64,000 bases of DNA. Origin: a virus. The position numbers were made by a program, and so were the translations under genes. Shown piece by piece: positions 40,344 through 50,597 of this stretch (its first letter is position 1; each line of letters opens with the position of its first letter). Under the pieces are notes generated by a model. The model saw only the letters and a program-made list of their open reading frames with translations. It ran no database searches and had not been told where the DNA came from. The DNA is taken from IMG/VR virus record IMGVR_UViG_3300009159_000062, positions 6,348-70,347 of that record; one strand, 5' to 3'.

Positions 40344-42370
40344 GATGTTTTTATCTCGCAATAGTCTGTAGTGCAATACATTTCGCCTTGAGCCTCAAGG
40401 TTTTCTGCTCCATCATAAATAGCAGACCAGTTAATCTTGCCAATTTTGCCAACATACTCACTGTAATCTTTTTCTGTAATTTCTGTGTATGGTTGCTGTG
40501 GATAAGTTTTATTTCCCATTGGAAGAAATGAAACTGCCTTTAATTGGCCTTCGTACATATTAAGGGCTGGAGCAATAAACTTTGTCTCTTCTTCTTTATC
40601 AAAAGAAAGAGTTACAGAAACACCATTGTCTGACCAATATTTTTGAGCAGTTGCTGCCAAACCAATTTTCTCAAATAGGCTAACTTGTTTCTCAGAACGT
40701 TTGTGTCCTGATGCTACTGGGAAATAAACTACTTGAGTATTTGCTGAAACAAGGTCTGGTTCAATTTTATATCCCGCTGCTTTAAATAAATGTATCATTG
40801 GGTCAGTGTTACCAAAACGAATTGCACGAAGATAAAATGCACCGCCTGGCCCCCAGTGAACTCCAGGGGTGGCACCAGAGAGAAGTGAAACAGATCCTGA
40901 TGGCTTAACTGTTGTTACACGAACCGACTCACGAACACATAGCCATTCTGAATAGGAATGGTCATACTTACGAATTGTTTTGTAACCTTCATCCATCCAT
41001 TCACGAATAACTGGAAGTCCATGCTCGTCAGCAAATGCAGCAATACCTGTAAGAGATGTGCCAATGCGTCGATTACGTTGCATGATACCGTTTGTAATTG
41101 GCCAGTGTGTTGGCATAAGCGTAACAGTTTTTCCATACAAGTAAGCAAACTTCAATGTCTTTAAAAAATCTTCTTTTGAATTATGGCGATTAAGGTGAAC
41201 CTCTACCAAAGTACAAAGTTCATAAGATTCTAATGGTTGTTCTGCACAGGGATTAAAACCCATAACACGTGCATCTTTGTAGTCTGGGGCATCTGCAAGA
41301 CGGCCATAGTCACGAGCAACTCCAAGCCAAATAAAACCTGGCTCTCCATTATCGGCAATTAAATCTACATAGTCTTCATATTTTGTTCCAACCTCGGCAG
41401 CAATAGAATTATTACTCATCCATGCCCAACCTGGTTTATCTGGATTATAGGAGTTTCTCTCTGCAAAAACTTCTGGATTCTTGAGATTAATGAAGTCTTT
41501 ATCTTCTGGGGTTCCTAGTGCAAGAGTTGCAGAACGGCGAACATTTCCAGAAACAACACAAGTTCCAATAAGGTTTACAATGTCAACAATTGCACGACTA
41601 TCAAGTGGCTCAGTCGCTCTAGAGCCTACAACATTCCTGATACGTGTATGAAGGTCAATAAGTGGTTCAGGACCGCTAGCGACCCCTCCAAAGCCCTTAA
41701 TTGGTGCTCCTAGAGGACGGATAAGGTCGTAATTAAATTCCTGGATTGATTGATTTTGACGCAAAAATGAATTAATCAAAAGTCTTACTGACTCTACCCA
41801 GCCTTCACGAGTATCTGGAATTTCATAAATGGATGCTGGTTCTGTTGGGGCATAAATAAACATTTGTTTTTCTTGTCCAAGGGTATCAAATCCAACTCCA
41901 ATGCCTAGCATTAAAGCATCCATAACCCATGCAAATAATGCTCCTGGATCGTTACGATCAATATCTCTTGTTGAGACCATTGCACAATTTTGAAGGGATG
42001 CAGAGTTGCGCTTCTCCATAGTCATAGGAGTACCAAATGCCCAAAGACCTCGACCTGGCGGAGTCCATTTAAGATTAAACATTCTTTCGTAAGCCTCTTG
42101 TGCTGACTTTTGAGCCTTATAGTCATTCCAGGGAAGGCGGTTTTCTTTGGCATGATTTTTTTGTACTGAGTACATGCCTTCAATTACACGCTTACAAACC
42201 TCGTACCATCTTTCTTTAGTTCCATCTTCTTTCATTCGAGAATATGTTCGAATAAAGGTGATCTCTCCTAGTGAGTTAGTAGCAGCATCTTTAAAACCAA
42301 AGGGTGCTTCAAGTTTTTGATAACTCTCTATAAAATCTGATGATAGTTTAAAAGAAAAAAAGTCTGACAT
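40340..42370 (-). CDS. nrdJ: class II (adenosylcobalamin) ribonucleotide reductase
   Basis: PPGRGLW, LQNC, GNVRRSA, NPCAEQ, TTVKPSG, C-terminal CTTDYC. Confidence 0.93.
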   Translation of the reverse strand: MSDFFSFKLSSDFIESYQKLEAPFGFKDAATNSLGEITFIRTYSRMKEDGTKERWYEVCKRVIEGMYSVQKNHAKENRLPWNDYKAQKSAQEAYERMFNLKWTPPGRGLWAFGTPMTMEKRNSASLQNCAMVSTRDIDRNDPGALFAWVMDALMLGIGVGFDTLGQEKQMFIYAPTEPASIYEIPDTREGWVESVRLLINSFLRQNQSIQEFNYDLIRPLGAPIKGFGGVASGPEPLIDLHTRIRNVVGSRATEPLDSRAIVDIVNLIGTCVVSGNVRRSATLALGTPEDKDFINLKNPEVFAERNSYNPDKPGWAWMSNNSIAAEVGTKYEDYVDLIADNGEPGFIWLGVARDYGRLADAPDYKDARVMGFNPCAEQPLESYELCTLVEVHLNRHNSKEDFLKTLKFAYLYGKTVTLMPTHWPITNGIMQRNRRIGTSLTGIAAFADEHGLPVIREWMDEGYKTIRKYDHSYSEWLCVRESVRVTTVKPSGSVSLLSGATPGVHWGPGGAFYLRAIRFGNTDPMIHLFKAAGYKIEPDLVSANTQVVYFPVASGHKRSEKQVSLFEKIGLAATAQKYWSDNGVSVTLSFDKEEETKFIAPALNMYEGQLKAVSFLPMGNKTYPQQPYTEITEKDYSEYVGKIGKINWSAIYDGAENLEAQGEMYCTTDYCEIKTS

Positions 42371-42602
42371 ATGCGTAATCTCCATTTACTGTAATTGCTT
42401 AAGTATAGCAGAGTTTTATAAAACTAAAAACTCTACATAAAGTATAGATATAGAGTTATTGAAATCTAACAACTGAACTATCTTTAGACCTACACTTATT
42501 ACATACATTATACATTGTTTTTGTATAAGGACAATGAATTTTTTCTTTTTTATGTAAACTGAATAGGCAAATTAATTTATTTATACTTATTTTTTTCATA
42601 AA

Positions 42603-43253
42603 TTATAAAGGCATCCATTTATTTGGCTTTACTCCAACTAGACTATTCATTGGTGTAATATCATATGCAATTGTTATTCTCTTACTATCAAAAAACCAGT
42701 CATCTCTTCCATGTGGGTGCCCAGTTTCTGAAAGAATTGCTCGATTATTTTTATTCACATTCTCAAAAACATTATTCTTTTCTTTGTTAATTTGATAAAA
42801 AGTAGAAGATGGCTCTGCCTCTACACAATAATATCCATGAAACCAAGGAGCCCCTAGGCCATCAGAATGATCATGAAAATGAGAAGGATGTTTTAATGGA
42901 TTGACACCATTGCTTCCAATTGTTTTAAGGTCTGAGTTAAACCATCCATGAATTAGATATTTTTGACTATCAAAATCAATGCCATAGTATTCACAGGCCT
43001 GCATAGTTAATTTTTTTAATGCTTCTTTTAGTTTAAATATTTCTGGATTAACAAAAGTAAATATGTTATAGTAATTAATTCCCAATTGAGTGAGTGTGCC
43101 TGGCTGATTCCTATCATACTTTTTTAAAATATCACTTGGAACTGATAAAATATTCTCTGTAAAAATTTTTTCTTCTATTTCAGATAAATATTGTTTTAAT
43201 GACTCTAAGTCATTGTCTAATGTAACATCAAAAAACTTATGGCTTGGTTTCAT
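42603..43253 (-). CDS. putative 2OG-Fe(II) oxygenase
   Basis: GWFN...HFHDH...FHGYYCV...GHPHG...RITIAYD. Confidence 0.65.
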   Translation of the reverse strand: MKPSHKFFDVTLDNDLESLKQYLSEIEEKIFTENILSVPSDILKKYDRNQPGTLTQLGINYYNIFTFVNPEIFKLKEALKKLTMQACEYYGIDFDSQKYLIHGWFNSDLKTIGSNGVNPLKHPSHFHDHSDGLGAPWFHGYYCVEAEPSSTFYQINKEKNNVFENVNKNNRAILSETGHPHGRDDWFFDSKRITIAYDITPMNSLVGVKPNKWMPL

Positions 43254-43897
43254 GCTAGTGGAATCCAATGCTGTTCCCATTCTGGCATTATTCCCTTATG
43301 TGGTATTACGTCATAGGCTACTGTTATTCTTGGGCCTTCCCAATTCCAGTCTGCCATAGCATGAGGGTGCCCAGTTTCTGAAAGAATGGCTCTATTATTT
43401 TTATTGATATTCTCAAAATCTTTATCAAAAACTTTATAATGAGTTGTTGATGGCTCTGCCTTTACACAATAATAACCGTGAAACCATGGTGCTCCAGAGC
43501 CTCCATGTTCATGCCAATCTAATTTTCCAACATGATTGTAGTTAATATTAAACCAACCCTGAACCCAAAAATCTTCTTTTTCAAAGTCAATTCCGTAGTA
43601 TTCACAGGCTTCGAATGTCATTGATCTTACTGATCTAAATAATTTATGAATTGCTGGATGATAAAATTGAAATACATTGTACTTGTTCCATTTGCTAGTC
43701 GTTATGCTTCCAGAGGTATCCCAGAGTGTTTTTTCTCCCTGATCATTTTTTAATATTTCCCCATTTTTAATGCGGTCATATTGTTTTCCTAAAAATAATG
43801 ACAAATCGTCTAAGTCAGAGTTTAAATTTCTTTCAAAAAATTTATGCGTAACGCTAGTATTAATGCTAGTGCTTTTTAAAGGTACGTTGTCGTACAT
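43250..43897 (-). CDS. putative 2OG-Fe(II) oxygenase (paralogue of 42603..43253)
   Basis: GWFN...WHEH...FHGYYCV...GHPHA...RITVAYD. Confidence 0.65.
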   Translation of the reverse strand: MYDNVPLKSTSINTSVTHKFFERNLNSDLDDLSLFLGKQYDRIKNGEILKNDQGEKTLWDTSGSITTSKWNKYNVFQFYHPAIHKLFRSVRSMTFEACEYYGIDFEKEDFWVQGWFNINYNHVGKLDWHEHGGSGAPWFHGYYCVKAEPSTTHYKVFDKDFENINKNNRAILSETGHPHAMADWNWEGPRITVAYDVIPHKGIMPEWEQHWIPLA

Positions 43898-43945
43898 TTT
43901 ATCTCCCGTCTTTTTATATTAGTATATCATATAAAAAAATGAGAT

Positions 43946-45169
43946 TTATTTATTGTGAGTTAAATAATCTCCAGCAATAAACCAGTCTTGTGGTTCACAA
44001 CTAAATGATAGAACGGTATGTGATGTATCGTCTGTGTCTATTGATGTTACTGGAACTTCAATAATTGACCCATCTTCTGCTACCTTGATTAATGTGTCTC
44101 CGATAGCAACTCCACCTGCTTCAATAAATACATAGAACGGATTGCCTTTAATAAACATTGGGTGATTTAAAGAAAACTTTGAGTTGCTTTCTCCGTTAAA
44201 ATAAATAACCTCTTGGACAATTGATGGGACTATTGCGGTAACAGTTACGTCAACAAGACCAGTACTAGTTGTAGTTGGTATTGCAATACTTCTCCAGTCA
44301 GAATCTGTTTGATCTCCATCGCCCAATGGTAACTCTGCTATGCCTATTGTTCTCATTTGATCATCAATTTGTATATCTTTTGCTGCAATTGTTCCACCTG
44401 GTACTCTAATTAAAGTGTCTTCATGAACGCATGGTCCAACTGACCAAGGCGTAAAGCCAAATGCGCCGAATGGAGTGAATCCAAACGGGGTGAATCCAAA
44501 CGGGGTGAATCCAAACGGGGTGAATCCAAAAGCACCGAATGGAGCAAATCCAAATGGTGTGAATGAGAATGATGTAAGTGTTGCAGAATATTCAGAGTAT
44601 TCTGAATTTCCATTAGCATTATTTGCTCTTACACGATAAGCCTGAGCAGTTCCTGCTTCTTGTCCCACAGAAACAGAAGTTGATCCTGTGTTGCCAGATT
44701 TGCTATCATTTGATTCCCAATCATAACTAGTAATTGCTGAGCCACCAGTTGCAGGGGCTGTCCAAGAAACATCATCTGTTGCTGCTGAGCCTTGAGCAGT
44801 TGCAGTAGGTGCTGATGGTTTATTTGGAACAGTTGTTGCAGTAATGCTATTAGATGCTGCGGATGCTGGAGAATTTCCAATTGAGTTTGTTGCTATGACT
44901 GTAAATGTATATGCTGTGTCTGATTGTAAACCAGTTACAGATATAGGAGAAGATGATCCAGTACCAGTATATGATCCTGGAGTGGATGTTACTGTATAAG
45001 ATGTGGCAGCAAGTGAGTTTGCTGGCAAAGAAAATGTTACATCTGCCCGTCCATTATTGTATGCACGTCCAGATGGGACATTTGTTGCGCTAACTGACTC
45101 TGGGGCTAATGGCTCCACAAAGTCATTTGATGCTTGGGACTTTCTGCCCGTTCTCTTACCTGATGCCAT
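43946..45169 (-). CDS. FN3x2 + (FTPFG)n + C-terminal Hint-domain protein
   Basis: GLQSDTAYTFTVIATN and YRVRANNANG FN3 motifs, FTPFG repeats, GP|CVHEDT...SLNH...WFIAGDYLTHNK-stop. Confidence 0.8.
   Translation of the reverse strand: MASGKRTGRKSQASNDFVEPLAPESVSATNVPSGRAYNNGRADVTFSLPANSLAATSYTVTSTPGSYTGTGSSSPISVTGLQSDTAYTFTVIATNSIGNSPASAASNSITATTVPNKPSAPTATAQGSAATDDVSWTAPATGGSAITSYDWESNDSKSGNTGSTSVSVGQEAGTAQAYRVRANNANGNSEYSEYSATLTSFSFTPFGFAPFGAFGFTPFGFTPFGFTPFGFTPFGAFGFTPWSVGPCVHEDTLIRVPGGTIAAKDIQIDDQMRTIGIAELPLGDGDQTDSDWRSIAIPTTTSTGLVDVTVTAIVPSIVQEVIYFNGESNSKFSLNHPMFIKGNPFYVFIEAGGVAIGDTLIKVAEDGSIIEVPVTSIDTDDTSHTVLSFSCEPQDWFIAGDYLTHNK
44444..44569 (-). repeat. coding tandem repeat FTPFG; perfect 15-bp unit GTGAATCCAAACGGG x3 plus a partial copy at 44475-44530
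   Basis: Read directly. Confidence 0.95.
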
Positions 45170-45193
45170 TATCTACTCCTTTAATTTTGTTTG

Positions 45194-46927
45194 TTATGCT
45201 GAAAGATCGCCGAATACTACCCAAGAATCAGTTGCACGCTTAAATAGTGTACAAGATGACCACCGTGTTCGTAGTTTTAGGCCTGGGGTAGAGTTAACAG
45301 TAACTCCGCTATCTCCTGCAATTGTAACCTGTCCTGTTCCTGTCTGAAGAATATCCAGAGTAGTTCCGACTGGGTAAGCAACTGCGCTATTTAGTGGGAT
45401 AGTAATTGTTGTTCCTGATGCTGAATTTACTTCAATTAAAGAATCTCTTTCAGATGTTGCTGAAAGTGTGTATGAAGCAGTCTTAGAAATAATTGGTGTC
45501 CGTGAAGGCACGCCTTCTTTTGTTTGTGTTCCATCTGTATACGCAATACCATTTGCAGCAACAGTTACAAGACCTGTAAATGTTGGGCTAGCAATCGGGG
45601 CTTTTGCAGAAAGATCTGTTGTGAGACCTGAAATTTTAGACTGTGCAATTGCTGCTGAAGCATTAATATCTTCGTTAAGAATTGTTCCATCAAGAATCAT
45701 TGTTGAAGTTACTGTTCCTGTTGGAAGAGTGACTGTTCCTGTAAATGTTGGTGAAGCAAGTGGTGCTTTTAATGCAATTGCGTTTGCAGTTGTTGCTGCA
45801 AAATTAGCATCATCACCCAGTGCTGCTGCAAGTTCATCAAGAGTATTTAGAAGTCCTGGTGCAGAATTAGTTAATATAGCAATTTCTTGCTGCACAAACG
45901 CTGTAGTAGCAATCTGTGTTGTATTAGTTAATGTATTTGCTGTTGGTGCAGTTGGAGTACCAGTAAGTGTTGGTGAAGCAAGTGGAGCCTTAAGATCAAG
46001 GGCTGTTTGTGTAGCACTTGAAACTGGCTTGTTGGCATCTGTTGTATTATCAACATTTCCAAGACCTACATGTGACTTTGTAACACCAGATACTGTTCCA
46101 GTAAATGTTGGTGAAGCAATAGGTGCATATGTGGTTGCTGCTGTTGAAGACTCAAGTTTTGCTGAAAGATTAGAAACTAAATCTGTAATCTTAGATTGAG
46201 CAATTCCATTTGCTAATTTAGCATCTGTTACTGCTCCGTCTTTAATTTTTGCTGTTTCTACAGAATCAGTAGCAAGTTTTGCTGCTGTAACTGCTCCGCT
46301 TGCAATCTTTGCTGTCTCTACTGCATCAGAAGCAATCTTTGCTGCTGTTACTGCGGTGTTGGCAATCTTGGCATCAGTTACAGATCCGTTTACTGGTGTA
46401 CGCTCATTAGTAAGTGCTGCGTTGTCATTATAAACAAGGTTTAGAGTATTAGAAATACCGTGAACACTTGTATTTGCTGATGTATGTGCACTTGCATTGC
46501 CAGTCAGCCAAGATATTTCTGAAGTTGTGTTGGCAGTTAAGTTAGTAACATTACTTGTTAGGTCTGATATTGAGTTTGAATTTATTGCTATAGTATTCTG
46601 TAAACCATTTAAACTTGTTGTAACGGTATATGCATAGTTTGCATCTCCGTTAATCGAATTTGCTAACTCCCAAATACTATTAAGGGCGTTTGGAGCATTT
46701 CCAACTAGGTCTGCGACTGCTGCGTCTACTAGGCCTTGAACTTCTGATGAGTCAAATACTATAGATGCATCTACGAAGTATGCTAGGCTTGTCCAAGCAC
46801 TTGATCCGTTACCCATTTTAAATTTATTTGTATCTGTTTCAAAACCAATTTCACCTGCTGCTAGAGTTGGGTTTGCTGCAGTCCATTGTGCTGCAGTTCC
46901 TCTGCGCTGTTGCATTCTTGTTGCCAT
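45194..46927 (-). CDS. fibre protein (Mtd_N/hyaluronidase-like N-terminus, VT.AK(I/L)A repeats, C-terminal adapter domain)
   Basis: MQQRRGTAAQW...LAAGEIGFETDT, APLASPTFTG repeats, LNTLDELAAALGDD. Confidence 0.75.
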   Translation of the reverse strand: MATRMQQRRGTAAQWTAANPTLAAGEIGFETDTNKFKMGNGSSAWTSLAYFVDASIVFDSSEVQGLVDAAVADLVGNAPNALNSIWELANSINGDANYAYTVTTSLNGLQNTIAINSNSISDLTSNVTNLTANTTSEISWLTGNASAHTSANTSVHGISNTLNLVYNDNAALTNERTPVNGSVTDAKIANTAVTAAKIASDAVETAKIASGAVTAAKLATDSVETAKIKDGAVTDAKLANGIAQSKITDLVSNLSAKLESSTAATTYAPIASPTFTGTVSGVTKSHVGLGNVDNTTDANKPVSSATQTALDLKAPLASPTLTGTPTAPTANTLTNTTQIATTAFVQQEIAILTNSAPGLLNTLDELAAALGDDANFAATTANAIALKAPLASPTFTGTVTLPTGTVTSTMILDGTILNEDINASAAIAQSKISGLTTDLSAKAPIASPTFTGLVTVAANGIAYTDGTQTKEGVPSRTPIISKTASYTLSATSERDSLIEVNSASGTTITIPLNSAVAYPVGTTLDILQTGTGQVTIAGDSGVTVNSTPGLKLRTRWSSCTLFKRATDSWVVFGDLSA

Positions 46928-46979
46928 TTATATTGCCTCCGTGGGTAATAAACTTATGATGTAATTATAACAGATATTT

Positions 46980-47435
46980 TTAATTAAAATTATCTGTTGC
47001 AACTCCACCGTCGTATGTTGCTGTCCAACTGTTAGTGCTTGGTAGTCCGCCTTCTGCTGGAGTACCTTGTGGAGCATTATAAAATCCACTAGATACAAAT
47101 TGGCTTACTATAAATCCAGTTCCATCAATCGCTGTATCGTGAATGTGGTCTGGAAGGCTTGTTGTGTCATCTACTGCTGCTTGTGTATACCATGTTCCAT
47201 TGTAGTAAACGTTAACTCTTGAAGTTAATGTATCAAACCATAATTGTCCATTAACTGGTGTTGCTGGGGCTGTAGCACCTGATGGCATTGCCCCAGTAAC
47301 AGAGTCTACGTATGCTTTTGTAGCAGCATGTGTGCTTTCAGTAGGAGTGGCAACAGTAACTGTGCCTCCAAATGTACCGCCAAGTGTGACAGAAAGTCCA
47401 TTCTTGACTTTGAAGTCTTTATTTACTGTTGCCAT
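46980..47435 (-). CDS. fibre-associated structural protein
   Basis: KDFKVKNGL, HAATKAYVD, GQLWFDT. Confidence 0.6.
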   Translation of the reverse strand: MATVNKDFKVKNGLSVTLGGTFGGTVTVATPTESTHAATKAYVDSVTGAMPSGATAPATPVNGQLWFDTLTSRVNVYYNGTWYTQAAVDDTTSLPDHIHDTAIDGTGFIVSQFVSSGFYNAPQGTPAEGGLPSTNSWTATYDGGVATDNFN

Positions 47436-47458
47436 CTTTTACTCCTCGTATTTTTTAG

Positions 47459-48826
47459 TTATTTTAAGATTGTTCCGACAATCATAACATCGGAGTTATT
47501 ATTGGCGGTTGTAACACGAACACGAACATCGTTGCCAGAAACATCTGCTGTAACTGATCCAAGAGAACCGTTTGTTCCTACCATTGCATATTCTGTGATT
47601 GCAACGTTATCTGATGTATCAAGTGTTAAGATAACTTTTGAAACATCTGTGTGAGATCCATTGGCAATTTTAACCAAAAACTCACCTGAGCGGTAGTCTG
47701 CCTTGGCCCATGATGCTGCTGTGCTTGTGCTTGCTGTTGCTACAGTTGCCTGTGCTGCTATTTGCTTTGCAACATTGTTAATCTCTACTGCTACAAAGTC
47801 TGGAACTACTGCTTCAAGAGCAGCAACTGCACGAGCATTTGTAAAGTATAGATTTGAAGTACCTTCTGAAAGGTCATCTGTATCAGAATCTGCCACTCCG
47901 TTTTCTGCGGAAATAGTAAGTCCTGAACCTGAACCTGTGATAGTAATGTTTGTAAGTGTTGCACCAGTTAAAAGTTCTGCTGCAGAAGTCTTTGCACGGG
48001 TATTTGTGTAATATAGATTTGTTGAACCTTCTTCAATTGCATCTGTATCAAGTGCGTCGATTGCAGAAGAAATTGCATTGGACATGCCAATTACAGAGAT
48101 TGTATTTCCTGTAATATCGATATTGTCTCCTGCAGTTAAAATATTTTGCTTTAATGCAACTGAGTTAGCAAGTGTTGTTGCAAAGTTTGCGTCATCACCA
48201 ATTGCTTGTGCCAACTCATTGAGAGTGTTAAGAAGATCTGGTGCTGAATCAACAAGACTTGATACTGCTCCATCAACATACGCAGTTGTTGCAAGAACAT
48301 TTGAGTTTGTTCCAGCAGCAGCGGTTGGTGCTGTTGGTGTACCAGTTAGGTCTGGCGAAGCAAGTGGTGCCTTATCGTTAAGTTGTGCTTGAACGTTTGA
48401 GGCTGCTCCACTTAAATAATTAAGTTCAGTTGTTGTTGCTGTAATGCCATCTAAAACATTAACTTCTGCTGCTGTAGCAGTTACGTTTGTTAGGTTTGTT
48501 GTAGCAATGTCAATATTTGATGAACCATCAAATGAAACACCAGCAATATTTCTTGCTGTTTCTAATGTTGTGGCTGTATCTGCATTACCAGTAACATCTC
48601 CAACTAGGTTTGCTGTAATAACGTTTGCTGAAAAACTTGCACTTCCATTACGCTTTACAACTGTGTTTGCGGTTGCAGCATCTGTTGCTGTTCCGCCGAT
48701 TAATCCAATGATGTAGTTTTGATCATCGGTTTTCTTTGTTAAAACGTCAAAATTGTTTACGGTTGCTGTAGAACCTTCAACAATAAGACCATTTTTTACT
48801 TTAAAGTCTTTTGATACTGTTGCCAT
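47459..48826 (-). CDS. fibre protein
   Basis: KDFKVKNGL, LNTLNELAQAIGDD, D.(I/L).EG..NLY(Y/F)TN.RA repeats. Confidence 0.7.
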   Translation of the reverse strand: MATVSKDFKVKNGLIVEGSTATVNNFDVLTKKTDDQNYIIGLIGGTATDAATANTVVKRNGSASFSANVITANLVGDVTGNADTATTLETARNIAGVSFDGSSNIDIATTNLTNVTATAAEVNVLDGITATTTELNYLSGAASNVQAQLNDKAPLASPDLTGTPTAPTAAAGTNSNVLATTAYVDGAVSSLVDSAPDLLNTLNELAQAIGDDANFATTLANSVALKQNILTAGDNIDITGNTISVIGMSNAISSAIDALDTDAIEEGSTNLYYTNTRAKTSAAELLTGATLTNITITGSGSGLTISAENGVADSDTDDLSEGTSNLYFTNARAVAALEAVVPDFVAVEINNVAKQIAAQATVATASTSTAASWAKADYRSGEFLVKIANGSHTDVSKVILTLDTSDNVAITEYAMVGTNGSLGSVTADVSGNDVRVRVTTANNNSDVMIVGTILK

Positions 48827-48841
48827 TTTCTATCTCCTTGA

Positions 48842-49288
48842 TTAGGCCTTAAGTCCAATTCGTGCATAACGAACTGTGACTGGCTTGATTGCTGGATCTG
48901 GGGTCACAGTTATTGCAACTGTATTTCCAGTCCTTGAGACACTAACGGTTCCAATATTCCCATTGTTGTCAATTGTTCCATATTCGCTAACGTTTACATT
49001 TGAACCGTCAACCAATATTGTCATTTCTGTAGCATAGTATTTGTTATCGCCAGCAGAAGTCTTTGCAATAGAGATGATATATTTAACCATTCTCCATACT
49101 GTTGCGTCAAAACTATCAATTACTGTAGCATTTTCAATGCCAGAAATTGTGTTTTCATTGTTACCAGAAGATCCCAAATCTGTAGACTGGGCAGCGGTAG
49201 AGTCAATTAATTTCTCGTAATCAGTCTGTGTTGGACGATCACCAGTTTGAAATAAGGTCTTTACTGTGGATAAGGATACGATTGCCAT
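48842..49288 (-). CDS. fibre-associated structural protein
   Basis: FQTGDRPTQ.DY..LIDS, C-terminal domain similar to that of 47459..48826. Confidence 0.6.
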   Translation of the reverse strand: MAIVSLSTVKTLFQTGDRPTQTDYEKLIDSTAAQSTDLGSSGNNENTISGIENATVIDSFDATVWRMVKYIISIAKTSAGDNKYYATEMTILVDGSNVNVSEYGTIDNNGNIGTVSVSRTGNTVAITVTPDPAIKPVTVRYARIGLKA

Positions 49289-49303
49289 GTTGTTATTATA
49301 ACA

Positions 49304-49873
49304 TTATTTTTTAATACTTTTTATCCAAAACTGATAGTTATTAATTATAATTTCAACACTGCCTTTATTCTCTTCTAAAAACTTGTCAATACCCAATTTT
49401 GGTTCTAATTCAATGTTTTTAGTATCATGTTTCCATTGATAGTCATCGAAGGCTAATACTCCATCCCGCTTTAAAAGCGGTAAAGAATGAACTGCATCCT
49501 GATAAACTGCTTCTGCCGTATGATCTCCATCAATATATATGAAGTCAAACTTTTCAGTACAAGACTGTAGATATGAAATGCTTGTACCTTTGTGTTTTTT
49601 AATATTTGAAAATTTGGACATTCTTTTGTCATAGAAAGACTCAACATTAGACCAGTCAAATTCTTTATGAATAAGTTCTTCAGATCCTTCCCAAGTATCA
49701 ACATCTGTTAAAGTAGATGTTGGATCTGTAAGTATATTTTTTAATATCCATTCTGAGGCATCGCCAGTATAGGCACCTATCTGTAAAAAATTAAGGTTTG
49801 GCATATGCCTATATCGGCTTAAGCCATATTCAAAATTTTTATTATGTGGCTCAAACCAATTAGGATACTCCAT
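49304..49873 (-). CDS. class I SAM-dependent methyltransferase (Methyltransf_24-like)
   Basis: LQIGAYTG, VDTW, FDFIYIDGDH, GVLAFDDY. Confidence 0.82.
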   Translation of the reverse strand: MEYPNWFEPHNKNFEYGLSRYRHMPNLNFLQIGAYTGDASEWILKNILTDPTSTLTDVDTWEGSEELIHKEFDWSNVESFYDKRMSKFSNIKKHKGTSISYLQSCTEKFDFIYIDGDHTAEAVYQDAVHSLPLLKRDGVLAFDDYQWKHDTKNIELEPKLGIDKFLEENKGSVEIIINNYQFWIKSIKK

Positions 49874-50597
49874 TTTGCTCCCAAAAAGATATTACATCTC
49901 TTCTGGATTTGTGATGTATTCCGTCTGGGTGCTCCTTATTCTCTTTTGTATTATGGGGAGAGGTAACTGATGTTTCAAAATCCATAGAATAGGTAAATAG
50001 TGGCTTGGAGTAACTTTTAACTCCGTGGTAAATAATAAAGTCTGCAAGGGCTCTATAGTCAGATGGCAAAACATATTTTCCGTCAACAAAGTATTTGTCA
50101 ACTATTTTTTTTGCACCTTCTTTGGTTATTAGATAGCAGGCTGCAGACCAATTTCTATGTTCTCTCATGTGGAATGAGGTGTTGACTTGAAAATTATGAA
50201 TAATGCAAAACTGCAAAACATCATATTTAGGTTTTATGGAATTAAGAAAATCTTCAAAGGTAAAGTTCCAATATTTTACTGTTTCAAAACTAAGATCATC
50301 TTCTATGATAATTGCATAGTCAGAGTCTGAGGTTTCAAGCCATTTTTTTATTGTGCTTAAATGTGAAATAGTGGCTCCTAGTTCTGAATCAGTTAGAGAT
50401 AAGTGATGTCTGTTAAAAACAAGGCTTTCCCAATCTGTACTATTTCCGTCAACGGCCTCTATAATATTATAATTAGATAAATTGCTTTCTTCTAGTTGAT
50501 TTTTTATATAGTCAAATCTATCTGTCCTTGATTTTAAATTAATAACGTATACAGGCTCAAAGCCTTTTAATTTATTTAAACCAGTATGTTCCGACAT
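49860..50597 (-). CDS. glycosyltransferase family 25-like
   Basis: YVINL..RTDR, EAVDG, ELGATISH, IIEDD, AACYLIT. Confidence 0.82.
   Translation of the reverse strand: MSEHTGLNKLKGFEPVYVINLKSRTDRFDYIKNQLEESNLSNYNIIEAVDGNSTDWESLVFNRHHLSLTDSELGATISHLSTIKKWLETSDSDYAIIIEDDLSFETVKYWNFTFEDFLNSIKPKYDVLQFCIIHNFQVNTSFHMREHRNWSAACYLITKEGAKKIVDKYFVDGKYVLPSDYRALADFIIYHGVKSYSKPLFTYSMDFETSVTSPHNTKENKEHPDGIHHKSRRDVISFWEQNGVS

Noticed and set aside
44475-44530. CRISPR array
   Set aside because: 15-bp units are contiguous, have no spacers and are in frame within a CDS
23059-48716. Long plus-strand ORFs (e.g. 23059..23667, 25342..25773, 45468..46199)
   Set aside because: Antisense shadows of Ala/Thr-rich minus-strand genes, with no SD or recognisable motifs
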